This document shows, in pieces, positions 6,521 to 15,345 of a stretch of DNA of 40,229 nucleotides; within the stretch, counting starts at the first letter, position 1, and each line of letters begins with the position of its first letter. The stretch covers positions 1-40,229 of IMG/VR virus record IMGVR_UViG_3300037478_000195; one strand, given 5' to 3'. The notes under the pieces are model-generated. The model did not search any database. It worked only from the letters and a program-made list of their open reading frames with translations, and had not been told where the DNA came from. The position numbers and the translations under genes were made by a program. The DNA is from a virus (taxonomy: Duplodnaviria; Caudoviricetes).

Positions 6521-6849
6521 GCGCCTCGCGTGTCATCAGCGGCAAAGTCGGCGTGTGGCTGACGCCGTACAGCAGCCTAGGCCCAAAGCAGCTGGCAGAT
6601 GGAGATGGTGCCGCAATCGTCAGAGACGTTGATTTTTCGCAGCACGACATGGCGCCCGAGTGGACGCGCATCGGCACGGCGCAAGTGCAGATCACCCTTG
6701 AGCCGACCGACCAGATCATCAACAACAAGATCGATGCGCTGCGGACTGAGCAAAAGAAGGTCGTCGCCGACGCGCAGAAAAAATCGACCGACCTGGAGCG
6801 CGAAATTCAGCAGCTCCTGGCGATCACCTACGACGGCGGTGCTGCATGA
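6517..6849 (+). CDS. Hypothetical protein with C-terminal coiled coil
   Basis: ATGA overlaps at both ends, flanked by a 16-bp direct repeat. Confidence 0.8.
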   Translation: MSASRVISGKVGVWLTPYSSLGPKQLADGDGAAIVRDVDFSQHDMAPEWTRIGTAQVQITLEPTDQIINNKIDALRTEQKKVVADAQKKSTDLEREIQQLLAITYDGGAA

Positions 6850-7139
6850 GCGCGCAGACCAATCAGGCGGGAGCGCACACGCCGGGGTCAATGGCCAACG
6901 AGACAATGTTTTTTAGCGTCTGGCGCGAGGCCAAGGTCCTGTCGCGTCGCAAGCTCGCAGAGTTTCGCAACGAGGTCGATGCCCTCGCATTCGCCGAGTA
7001 CCGCGCACGCATTGAGGGTGCGAACGACGCTGACATCGACACCACGGTCTGGGTGTTGTGCAGCGATGGCACCGTAAGGCTGCACCAGACCTACCGGGCC
7101 CGCGCCGCCATCGCCGCAGCCACTGGAGGCGCGGCATGA
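6846..7139 (+). CDS. Hypothetical protein (HTPG...ARAAIAAATG ends)
   Basis: Coupled ORF. Confidence 0.7.
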   Translation: MSAQTNQAGAHTPGSMANETMFFSVWREAKVLSRRKLAEFRNEVDALAFAEYRARIEGANDADIDTTVWVLCSDGTVRLHQTYRARAAIAAATGGAA

Positions 7140-7309
7140 AAGCCTACGCACCCGACACAAAGAAAGGCCGCCACGTTGCCGGCCACGACGTGCACCACAA
7201 GACGGCCGATATGTCACGAGCTGGCGCGAAGAAGATCGCCAAGCGCCTGAAGCATGCCGCCCGTCAACAGGGCGTGCGCGCCTCCAAAACTGGAGGCTCA
7301 CATGGCTGA
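7136..7309 (+). CDS. Small basic hypothetical protein
   Basis: MKAYAPDTKKGRH start in an ATGA overlap, RBS GGAGG. Confidence 0.6.
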   Translation: MKAYAPDTKKGRHVAGHDVHHKTADMSRAGAKKIAKRLKHAARQQGVRASKTGGSHG

Positions 7310-7607
7310 TGCAAAGCACACGCCGGGGCCGTGGACATGGTTGCGCAATGACGCTTGCGCGCACGGCCTCAAAGGCGCCTACGTGCGATCCGCAGTCCTG
7401 ATGCCCGGCGGGCGCTACCGCGAGCTGGCAATCGTGAGTGCACGCGAAGTCGGCGATCAGGCGGTCTGCGAAGCGAACGCCCGCCTGATCGCCGCCGCGC
7501 CAGAGTTGCTCGCCGAAGCCAAGAACCTCCTCGCGCTCTACGAAGAGCTGGGCACGCCCGCCGACGAGCTGCGCGCCCTGATCGCACGCGCAGAGGGCCG
7601 GACATGA
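7302..7607 (+). CDS. HTPGPW-type phage protein
   Basis: KHTPGPW...EANARLIAAAPELL...IARAEG signature, RBS GGAGG. Confidence 0.8.
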   Translation: MADAKHTPGPWTWLRNDACAHGLKGAYVRSAVLMPGGRYRELAIVSAREVGDQAVCEANARLIAAAPELLAEAKNLLALYEELGTPADELRALIARAEGRT

Positions 7608-7744
7608 CACGCATCGAGTTCTGGCCTGCCAACACCGGCATTCACATTGTGCGGATCGACTCGCAGCGAAACATTCGCCAAGTAGCGGTGTGGAGCCTGC
7701 GGTGTGTGGAGCGTGTACGCGCAGCGCTGGGGGCGGCCAAATGA
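7604..7744 (+). CDS. Small hypothetical protein
   Basis: MTRIEFWP..., ATGA overlaps at both ends. Confidence 0.55.
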   Translation: MTRIEFWPANTGIHIVRIDSQRNIRQVAVWSLRCVERVRAALGAAK

Positions 7745-8148
7745 TCGACCTCGCATTCCTCGCGCCGGTCGCCATTGGCCTGCACATCGGTTCGGCTCAT
7801 TTGCCTGACCGTGGGCAGACGGACACGAATCCCGGCATCTACGCACGCACTGCGTCCGGCCTCGTGTACGGCGGCTATCGCAACAGCTACCGCCGCACGA
7901 CTGTGTATGTCGGCCAATCGTTCGCCGTGGGGCCTGTTGACCTGACGCTGGCTCTCGGCACTGGCTATCAGCGCAAGTGCGCGGACGGCAACGGGTTCAC
8001 GCGCACATACCTCGCGCCCATCGCGGCCGTGTCGTACCTGGTGCCCGTTGATCTGCTGGGCGCTCGGCCTCGCATCCATTTCGCGCCCGCCTGGGGCGGC
8101 AAGTCCAGCACTGTGTTCCACATCTCAGCGGAATGGAGCATCAAGTGA
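7741..8148 (+). CDS. PagP-like small outer-membrane beta-barrel
   Basis: SAH...NPGIY...GYRNSY...TGY...APIAAVSY...FHISAEW parallels the PagP motif order, with alternating hydrophobic strands. Confidence 0.55.
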   Translation: MIDLAFLAPVAIGLHIGSAHLPDRGQTDTNPGIYARTASGLVYGGYRNSYRRTTVYVGQSFAVGPVDLTLALGTGYQRKCADGNGFTRTYLAPIAAVSYLVPVDLLGARPRIHFAPAWGGKSSTVFHISAEWSIK

Positions 8149-8246
8149 AGCCAATCGACCACTTTATGGCCAATGTTCTAGCCGTCGGCATCGGGCTCTC
8201 GCTTTTCCTTCTCGCTTGCTACGAACTTGGAGTGATTGCGCCATGA
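8145..8246 (+). CDS. 33-aa single-TM peptide
   Basis: GTG start overlaps the previous stop. Contains NVLAVGIGLSLFLLAC, ATGA overlap with the next gene. Confidence 0.5.
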   Translation: MKPIDHFMANVLAVGIGLSLFLLACYELGVIAP

Positions 8247-8425
8247 CCTTCTGCGATCTTGAAGCCGACGACTGCAGCGCATCTGAAGGTGCCCAGCCCG
8301 GCGCACTGCGCGGCGTTGTGAGCGATGAGCTGATGGGCCAGCTGCGCGAGCGCAATGCCCAGCGTGTCAGGCGAGCGATTGAAGAGCTTGGCCCGAAGTG
8401 GCTGCTGGCGGAGCCGATTGCATGA
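8243..8425 (+). CDS. Hypothetical protein
   Basis: MTFCDLEADD, coupled at both ends. Confidence 0.6.
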   Translation: MTFCDLEADDCSASEGAQPGALRGVVSDELMGQLRERNAQRVRRAIEELGPKWLLAEPIA

Positions 8426-8535
8426 GCCGCCTCGTCGAGTTCGTGAGCGTGTACCGCGCATATCGAAGATTTCACCCGGCCCGCTACGCCGCACGCATCG
8501 CGTTCGGGTGTGCGTTCCGTGGCCTGCCGTTCTGA
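8422..8535 (+). CDS. 37-aa basic/aromatic peptide
   Basis: MSRLVEFVSVYRAYRRFHPARYAARIAFGCAFRGLPF, coupled start. Confidence 0.55.
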   Translation: MSRLVEFVSVYRAYRRFHPARYAARIAFGCAFRGLPF

Positions 8536-8543
8536 GGAATCAC

Positions 8544-9206
8544 ATGTCGATTGCAACCATGATTTTGGGCGAGAGTGGGACCGGCAAGAGCGCCAGTCTG
8601 CGCAACTTCGCCCCAGCTAATGTGCTGTTGATCCAAGCGGTCAGGAAGCCGCTGCCGTTCCGAACAAATGGCTGGGCGCCATACAACAAGGCAACCAAGC
8701 AAGGCTCGGTCATCGTTACCGACAACGCGCATTTCATCGAGGGCGCCATGCTGAGCATTCAGAGGCCCGTGGTCGTGCTGGATGACTTTCAATACGTCCT
8801 TGCCAATGAGTTCATGCGGCGCAGCGACGAGAAGGGTTTCGACAAGTTCACCGAGATCGGGCGCCACGCGTGGGACATCTTGCGCGCGGCGAGTGGCCTT
8901 GCCGAGAGCCGCCGCGTCTACATCCTTTGCCACACCGCCAGCGACGACCAGGGCAAAACGAAGATGAAAACGATTGGCAAGTTGCTGGACGAAAAGATCA
9001 CCCCCGAGGGGCTCGTGACCATCGTCCTGCGCACGATGGTGCGCGACGGCCAATTCCTCTTCGCTACGCAGAACAGCGGCAGCGACACCACCAAGAGCCC
9101 CATGGACATGTTTCCCGACATGTACATCGAGAACGACCTGGCGGCAGTCGATGCGGCCATTTGCTCTTACTACGAAATCCCCACTCAACAACAGAAGGCG
9201 GCGTGA
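8544..9206 (+). CDS. Sak4-like (AAA_24) ATPase, single-strand annealing recombinase
   Basis: Walker A GESGTGKS, Walker B VVVLDDFQY, KTIGKLLDEK and TTKSPM motifs. Confidence 0.85.
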   Translation: MSIATMILGESGTGKSASLRNFAPANVLLIQAVRKPLPFRTNGWAPYNKATKQGSVIVTDNAHFIEGAMLSIQRPVVVLDDFQYVLANEFMRRSDEKGFDKFTEIGRHAWDILRAASGLAESRRVYILCHTASDDQGKTKMKTIGKLLDEKITPEGLVTIVLRTMVRDGQFLFATQNSGSDTTKSPMDMFPDMYIENDLAAVDAAICSYYEIPTQQQKAA

Positions 9207-9844
9207 TGCTCACACTCAATTCAGAACTGGCAAAGGCCGCGGACAACATCGTCAGCGGTATCAAGGAAACCGGCAAGTACATCGGCGTCATAACCCGAGC
9301 TGAAAAGCTGACCGCGAGCACCGGGACCGTTGGCCTGGGCCTTTCCTTCAAAAGCGACCAGGGGCAAACCGCGGACTATTTGGACATCTGGCACACGAAG
9401 CTGGACGGCCAGGAGCTTAGTGGACTCAAGACCGTCAATGCCATCCTCTGCTGCGCGAAGGTGCACGAAGCAAAAGAGGGTTCCATTCGGGTCGAGAAAT
9501 GGAACGCTGACAAGGGCATGCGCGAACAGGTTGATGTCCGCGGCTACCCGGAGCTGATGGGGAGGCGCATCGGGTTCCTTTTGCAAAAGTCACTCGAAAC
9601 CAGCGACAAGGGCAAAGACGTGGAGCGCCTCCAAATCTTCGCCGTGTTCAACGCCGAGACGGAGCTGACGGCATCGGAGATGTACGCGCGGAAGACGAAT
9701 CCCGAGCGGCTGTCGTCGATGTTGGATGTACTCATCCAGCGTCCGGTGCGGGACAACCGCAAGAACAAGACTGCCGCGCCTGTCCGTGATGACTCGGACT
9801 TCTACGACGGCGTACCCCCGAACACAGAAGACCGGCCGTTCTGA
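9206..9844 (+). CDS. Putative ssDNA-binding protein (DUF669-like), partner of Sak4
   Basis: GKYIGVI OB-fold start, acidic C-terminal tail ending EDRPF, coupled to sak4. Confidence 0.7.
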   Translation: MLTLNSELAKAADNIVSGIKETGKYIGVITRAEKLTASTGTVGLGLSFKSDQGQTADYLDIWHTKLDGQELSGLKTVNAILCCAKVHEAKEGSIRVEKWNADKGMREQVDVRGYPELMGRRIGFLLQKSLETSDKGKDVERLQIFAVFNAETELTASEMYARKTNPERLSSMLDVLIQRPVRDNRKNKTAAPVRDDSDFYDGVPPNTEDRPF

Positions 9845-9856
9845 ACGGAGCACGCC

Positions 9857-10354
9857 ATGCAAATTACTCTACACGCCGCCGCCGATCAAGTGCGCAAGCT
9901 ACTCGAACAGATCGACCCAGAAACGGGCGAGCTACCGGAGGGTTTCGAGCAAGCCCGCGCCATCGTCGCCACGAAGTCTGCCGCCGTCGCAGCCTATCTG
10001 CTGGAGGACGAGCGGCAGGCAGAGATGGTTGAGGGCTACGCCAAGGACCTCATGGCACGCGTCAAAACGGCCCGCAAGCGGTCGGAATGGCTTCGGGAGT
10101 ACCTGCGTAGCCACATGGCCGCCTGCGGTCTCACGGAGATCAAAGACGAGCGCGGCATCTTCACTGCAAAGCTCGAAAAAGATCGAGACGAGGCAGTTGA
10201 AGTTTTCGACCTCGCGCAGATTCCGAAGGACTACCTGCGCGAGGTGCCTGCTACAGAGGTGCCCGACAAGGTGCTGATGAAAAAGGCCTTCAAGGACGGC
10301 TTCGAGGTTCCCGGCGCGAAGTTGGTCAGGCGCGACCGACTCACCATCAAGTAA
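9857..10354 (+). CDS. Siphovirus Gp157 family protein
   Basis: Coiled coil followed by IPKDYLR...PDKVLMKKAFKDGFEVPGAKLV...LTIK. Confidence 0.85.
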   Translation: MQITLHAAADQVRKLLEQIDPETGELPEGFEQARAIVATKSAAVAAYLLEDERQAEMVEGYAKDLMARVKTARKRSEWLREYLRSHMAACGLTEIKDERGIFTAKLEKDRDEAVEVFDLAQIPKDYLREVPATEVPDKVLMKKAFKDGFEVPGAKLVRRDRLTIK

Positions 10355-10356
10355 CC

Positions 10357-10623
10357 ATGCAGAGCAAGAACAAGCCAGCCATGACTGCCGTCGAGCGCGC
10401 CCACGTCGCGCGGATCAAGGAAATGGATTGCGCCGTCTGCGGAGACTTTGGGCCAAGCGATGCGCATGAGATCGAACAGGGTTCGTGGTTCACGTCGATC
10501 CCTCTTTGCCGCGACTGCCACATGGGGGCGCACAACGGGATTCACGGGCGCAAGTCCATCTGGCGAGCGATGAAGAAGACGGAGCTTTCTGTGTTGAACG
10601 ACACCATCAAGGAGCTTGTGTGA
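10357..10623 (+). CDS. HNH-type nuclease (Ref/DUF968-like)
   Basis: CAVC...DAHEI...IPLCRDCH...GIHG. Confidence 0.75.
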   Translation: MQSKNKPAMTAVERAHVARIKEMDCAVCGDFGPSDAHEIEQGSWFTSIPLCRDCHMGAHNGIHGRKSIWRAMKKTELSVLNDTIKELV

Positions 10624-10955
10624 GCCAAGAGAAAACAGAAGCCCGCTTCGCGGAACTGGAGGCCCTCGCCATCGAGTACGCCCAGGCACAGGCCCAGGCG
10701 GAACACTTGGGAGAGTTCCGCAAATCCAAGAAAGCAATGCTCATGAAAGAAGCGGAGCTTAACGGCTCTACATCAGCGGCGATTCAAGAGCGCGAGGCCT
10801 ACCGGCATGGCGACTACATCGAGCTTCTCAACGGGCTCAAGGTCGCCACAGAGCGTGCGCTGTCGTGCAAGTGGCGGCTTGAAGTTGCACGCATGCGGTT
10901 CGATTGGGCTCGCACGGTGCAAGCCACACGACGCGCAGAAATGAATCTGCGGTGA
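10620..10955 (+). CDS. Helical protein, possibly UvsY-like recombination mediator
   Basis: GTG start overlaps the previous stop. All-helical, in the recombination module. Confidence 0.55.
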   Translation: MSQEKTEARFAELEALAIEYAQAQAQAEHLGEFRKSKKAMLMKEAELNGSTSAAIQEREAYRHGDYIELLNGLKVATERALSCKWRLEVARMRFDWARTVQATRRAEMNLR

Positions 10956-11007
10956 GACACGCAGCCGCGTAGCCGAAGCGCGCCGGCCAAATGAAAAAGG
11001 AAAGCAC

Positions 11008-11745
11008 ATGACACACCAATGCCGAATGGGCTGGCAGCCCCTAGCCGCCCTACTCTCCCGCGATGAGCCAGTGAGGCCGAGCAGGCGCACGCCTGAGCGG
11101 GTGCGACTGAGCGCAGAGCAAGAGGCAGAGCGCAAGCTGCTGGATGCGCCACCACAACTTCCATTCTTCGGTGTGGATTTTGGTGCCGACGGTGGGAGTG
11201 TGGTGCACGTCATAGACAGTCTTATCGGCATGGCCAAAGCTATTGGCGCCATGCCGGTCCCGACGCGGTGGAACTACATCCCAGCCACGCCTGAGGCTGC
11301 CCCACCCTCTACGCCTGATGCAGACGGCTGGATTCCCCTCACGCTGGACGCACCAGACCTCAAGGCCGGCGAGTACGACTGGAAGGGTCACTTCAGCTGG
11401 AGTTCGGCCGATGAGATCGACGTGTCGCTGCGGGACGAAAATCTAGAAAGGTTTGTCCGTGAGGGCGGCTACTTCTATCGCCCGGCAAAGCGAGCAGCCC
11501 CACCTTCAACACCCTCCGCACCCACTGAGCTGGTGCCTGAAGAGGGGCGGGTGTATCTGCTTGTTCGACCGAGCGGCAAGGAAGTTTTTGCGAAAAAAAC
11601 TGCCGGTGGTTGGGGATTTGGCTGCATCGAGTCTGCTGGCCCGTTTCCCGCAAAGCGCGCCGCAGCGTGTGATGGCAACCGCGCACTACGCGACCGCACC
11701 ATCATCCGCCCCGCCACAGAAGCAGAACTGCGGGGTGAGGCATGA
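11008..11745 (+). CDS. Hypothetical mosaic protein
   Basis: RBS AAGGA, AAPPSTP linker twice, DADGWIP motif. Confidence 0.7.
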   Translation: MTHQCRMGWQPLAALLSRDEPVRPSRRTPERVRLSAEQEAERKLLDAPPQLPFFGVDFGADGGSVVHVIDSLIGMAKAIGAMPVPTRWNYIPATPEAAPPSTPDADGWIPLTLDAPDLKAGEYDWKGHFSWSSADEIDVSLRDENLERFVREGGYFYRPAKRAAPPSTPSAPTELVPEEGRVYLLVRPSGKEVFAKKTAGGWGFGCIESAGPFPAKRAAACDGNRALRDRTIIRPATEAELRGEA

Positions 11746-12518
11746 GCGCGCAGGGCTTGGTGCGGTCCTACATCCCGCTGGAGGAAGGCTTCGACATGAC
11801 CACACCAGAAGACTTCCCGCTGCCTGAGCCAGATGGCTACGCAGTGCTCACGCCGACCGGGACCATCATTGTCTCGCCGGCTGACTTCGCGAGGCACAAC
11901 GCCTATGCGGTGTTCACTGCAGAGCAGCTGCGCGCCACTCTCCGCGCCTGGGTTGCCTCCCGCCCAGCAGCAGAGGCCCCCAATACAGGCACAGCCCAGC
12001 CTGCGGCCCCCGACGTTGACGAACTGGCGCGAGCGATACGCATCTTCGGAGCCGGCGCACTGGCGGAGAGGCTCGTGGAGTGGATGCAGTCTCGCGTGCC
12101 GACAGCGGCACCTGTAGGGAGTGCGGCCGTGCGCGACGTCCTGTCCGACTACGAGCACAACATCCTGGAAGGCGTGGCGAGTTGGCTGCATTCACGCTCG
12201 GGGACCGTATGGGCCAGACAGGGCGGCTACACAGGCTTAATGCAATCGTGGGCCACCGATCTTCGAGGCCTGCGACTTCGTGCCCTCGCCCCTCACCCTG
12301 ATGCATCGGCTCAGCCTGCGAACGCCGACCTCGTTGATGCAGAGCGGTATCGGTGGCTTCGTGACCACTGGCTTGAGGTCCGCGCTTGCCCATCTCAGTT
12401 CGGAGGGACGCTGGGAGTGCGCATCCTTTGCGAAGACGATGACGCCATCGGCGACGGGGCCGAGCGACTGGACGCCGCCATCGACACCGCCCGCGCATCA
12501 AAAGGACAGACGGCATGA
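11742..12518 (+). CDS. Hypothetical Ead/Ea22-like mosaic protein
   Basis: DAERYRWLRD...LDAAIDTA motif, coupled at both ends. Confidence 0.7.
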   Translation: MSAQGLVRSYIPLEEGFDMTTPEDFPLPEPDGYAVLTPTGTIIVSPADFARHNAYAVFTAEQLRATLRAWVASRPAAEAPNTGTAQPAAPDVDELARAIRIFGAGALAERLVEWMQSRVPTAAPVGSAAVRDVLSDYEHNILEGVASWLHSRSGTVWARQGGYTGLMQSWATDLRGLRLRALAPHPDASAQPANADLVDAERYRWLRDHWLEVRACPSQFGGTLGVRILCEDDDAIGDGAERLDAAIDTARASKGQTA

Positions 12519-12739
12519 GCACGCCCTTCAATCCCTATGCTTTTCCGTCGCACGGGTCCATGGGCGAGGTGGTACAGGAGGGCATGTCCCTGCGCGACTA
12601 CTTCGCTGCGAAGGTCTTACACGCTGTCTGCCTTGATTCGGGGGGCTCCTCGTTCGCCCAACGCGCCGAGTGGGCCTACCAGCAGGCCGACGCCATGCTC
12701 CGCGCCCGTCTTGCCTCTCCCACCAAGGAGCCGCAATGA
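12515..12739 (+). CDS. Conserved small phage protein
   Basis: AFP...GMSLRDYFAAK...AYQQADAML signature. Confidence 0.8.
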   Translation: MSTPFNPYAFPSHGSMGEVVQEGMSLRDYFAAKVLHAVCLDSGGSSFAQRAEWAYQQADAMLRARLASPTKEPQ

Positions 12740-12888
12740 ACCCACACACGAAAGCGCTGGACTATGAGCGCGCAGTTTTCGATCACGCGTTTTTTAAGAA
12801 CGAGAGCGGTGGCGGCCTCAAGGAATTCTGCTGGCGCTTGTGGCAAGCCCGCGCCGCCATCTCCCAGTCCACTGGAGCACAGACATGA
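12736..12888 (+). CDS. 50-aa hypothetical protein
   Basis: RBS AAGGAG, ...WRLWQARAA, coupled at both ends. Confidence 0.6.
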   Translation: MNPHTKALDYERAVFDHAFFKNESGGGLKEFCWRLWQARAAISQSTGAQT

Positions 12889-13715
12889 CAACCACAGCAG
12901 AGACGCCGCTGGAGCTTGCGGCCGCACTTGAAAAGGATCGCTGGCACATCAGCGGGGTAACCGCTCAACGCGCCGCAGACATGCTGCGCGAGTACGCCGC
13001 CCTCGCACCCACACAGGCGGCAGCGCAGCCCGAGGCAGCGGGGGTGCTGAAGGTGTGTGCCGCGTGGTGCGACGACCAAGCCAAGAGCGATTGGTATGGA
13101 AGAACTGCAGGCGACATGGTGCGGGCATTCGCCGCCCTCTCCACTGGCGCAGGAGAGGTGGAGCCGGACGAGCGCAAGGGTGGGGGCAAATTGCCACCCC
13201 CCTTCGGCTCGGCCCAGCCCGTGCCTGCGGCTGATGTGCAGCCCTGCGGTCACCCCGCGAGCTTCTTGCTGCGCTCGGCCGAGACTGGCTTGCCGCTCTA
13301 CTGTGAAATCTGCGACTACCGCGAACAGCGCGACGATGCTGTGATGGTGGGGCAGGAGTTGCGCGAGCAGGTAGCACAGCTTGTCCGCGCTCTGCGAGAA
13401 GCAACCGAGGGGCAGACGTTCATGGGCGAGCCCGCCCTCGCCGCTCGCCCCACACAGGCGCCTGCACCGAGCCAGCAGGCCGACGAGCACGACGATCTGG
13501 TGCGGACCCTGCTGACGGTCTCCCGTGCGCTTTATGCGCTGCCGTACATGCACTGGCTTGTCCCTGCCTGGGACGGCCCACGACTCGCCGGTCAAATTGG
13601 ACGCGCTATCGAGGTGCTGAGTGGTGGGCGCATTACCGCCATCGATGAGTTTGCGCTGGCCATAGAGAAGGCACTCGACGACACCCCACAGCCGCCCAAG
13701 GCGGAGGGCTTATGA
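12885..13715 (+). CDS. Hypothetical mosaic protein with a Cys motif
   Basis: PCGH...YCEIC, Ala/Pro linkers, coupled. Confidence 0.7.
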   Translation: MTTTAETPLELAAALEKDRWHISGVTAQRAADMLREYAALAPTQAAAQPEAAGVLKVCAAWCDDQAKSDWYGRTAGDMVRAFAALSTGAGEVEPDERKGGGKLPPPFGSAQPVPAADVQPCGHPASFLLRSAETGLPLYCEICDYREQRDDAVMVGQELREQVAQLVRALREATEGQTFMGEPALAARPTQAPAPSQQADEHDDLVRTLLTVSRALYALPYMHWLVPAWDGPRLAGQIGRAIEVLSGGRITAIDEFALAIEKALDDTPQPPKAEGL

Positions 13716-14533
13716 GCCGCATCGTTTGCCAATTCTCCTGCGGGGCCGCGTCGGCGGTTGCCACGAAGCTTGCCCTCGCCCAGTACCGCGACACGCACGA
13801 GGTTGTGATCGTCAACGCCGAGATCGTCGAAGAGCACCCGGACAACCGCCGGTTCCTTGCCGATTGCGAAGGCTGGTTCGGGCGCCCTATCACCGTGCTG
13901 CGCGACAAAAAATACGGTGCATCCACGCGGGCTCTGTTCCGCAAACGCCGCTACCTGAAGGGGCGGCGCGGCGCACCGTGCTCGCTGGCCCTCAAGCGCG
14001 AACTGCTCGCCACGTATGAGCAGCCCGGCGACACGCTGGTGCTCGGGTACACGGCCGAGGAACAAGGTCGATTCGACGACTGGATCGACGCCAACAACCA
14101 CAAGCGCGCCATTGCGCCATTGATCGAGGCCAAGCTTGGCAAAGCCGACGTGCTCGCCATGGTCGAGCGTGCGGGGCTCGATCTGCCGGCCATGTACCGC
14201 ATGGGCTACCACAACGCCAACTGCATCGGCTGCGTGAAGGGCGGCGCGGGCTACTGGAACAAGATTCGCCGCGACTTCCCCGACGACTTTGAGGAGATGG
14301 CGCAGATTGAGCAGTCAATCGGCCCAGGTGCGCGCCTATTGCGCCATCGCGCCGGCCCGCTGATCGGGCAGCGCTTCTACCTGCATGAGCTTGACCCGAA
14401 CAGTGGGCGCTACGACGAAGAGCCCGACATTTCCTGCTCGGCGCAATGCGAGTTTGTCGAAGGATCGAGTCAGTGGCAGGAACTGAGTGAGCTTATGACC
14501 TCTACCGCCCAAGAAGAGGGCGAACTGACATGA
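13712..14533 (+). CDS. PAPS-reductase-like / adenine-nucleotide alpha-hydrolase family protein with Cys cluster
   Basis: Degenerate PP-loop FSCGAAS, EEHPDN, PCSLALK, LGY, HNANCIGCVKGG and C-terminal CSAQC. Confidence 0.75.
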   Translation: MSRIVCQFSCGAASAVATKLALAQYRDTHEVVIVNAEIVEEHPDNRRFLADCEGWFGRPITVLRDKKYGASTRALFRKRRYLKGRRGAPCSLALKRELLATYEQPGDTLVLGYTAEEQGRFDDWIDANNHKRAIAPLIEAKLGKADVLAMVERAGLDLPAMYRMGYHNANCIGCVKGGAGYWNKIRRDFPDDFEEMAQIEQSIGPGARLLRHRAGPLIGQRFYLHELDPNSGRYDEEPDISCSAQCEFVEGSSQWQELSELMTSTAQEEGELT

Positions 14534-15345
14534 ACACCACACCACCGAAGGCAGCCGAGGCGCTAAGCCAATTGACTGAACTGATACTCGATTACGGTCA
14601 AGCCCAGTTCGACTGCGGCGCCTACATGGGAGAGGACGCTGAAAAGTACGCCGCGTTGAGTGGCAAGCGCGAAGCCGCCTACGATAGGTTGCAGGCGGCT
14701 TTAGCCCTCTCCGCTCTCGCATCCCCCACAGGGGCGGCACCCCCAGCGCCAGCCGCGCGAGGGTTGACGAGCCGGCAACTGAGCATCGCGAGGGGGTGCG
14801 TTGAAAGATCAGCTTACGACACTCGCGCGTTTGCGCTGATCAAAGACGAGGAAAGCGCAACGCAGCTCCGCGCCGAAGCGGACGAACTCCAAGTCATCGC
14901 CGACGAGCTGACCCTCGTAATGATCGTCGGCGCCACCCCACCAGCACGCGCGCCCTACATCCCCGGGGGCGTCTGGCCGTTCCCGCCGAATCTCGAACGG
15001 CCAATCAAAAAGCAGGCGCCAGCCACAGGGGCGCGGACGATAGAGCCGTTTGTCGTCAAGCACTACAGCGAAGACGAGCGCCCGACGCTCAAAGGGAACG
15101 GCTTTGACGGTCTAGAGATTGGCTCGGATCGGGAAGAGGCCGAGCAATTCGTGGCGTTCGTGAATTACGCCGTGGCGGCCATGCGCGAGCGGTGCGCAAA
15201 GCTGTGCGAGGAAATCAGAGACAGGTACCGGCGACTGGAGGGTCTGAACTATCCGGAGTTGAAGACAGATGCGGAGACCGGGGCCAGCGATTGCATGCAC
15301 GCGATCCTTGATGCCTCCCTCGCCCAGCGCGGGGAGGGGTCATGA
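14530..15345 (+). CDS. Hypothetical mosaic protein
   Basis: Coupled at both ends. Contains LKGNGFDGLEIG and MRERCAKLCE segments. Confidence 0.7.
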   Translation: MNTTPPKAAEALSQLTELILDYGQAQFDCGAYMGEDAEKYAALSGKREAAYDRLQAALALSALASPTGAAPPAPAARGLTSRQLSIARGCVERSAYDTRAFALIKDEESATQLRAEADELQVIADELTLVMIVGATPPARAPYIPGGVWPFPPNLERPIKKQAPATGARTIEPFVVKHYSEDERPTLKGNGFDGLEIGSDREEAEQFVAFVNYAVAAMRERCAKLCEEIRDRYRRLEGLNYPELKTDAETGASDCMHAILDASLAQRGEGS

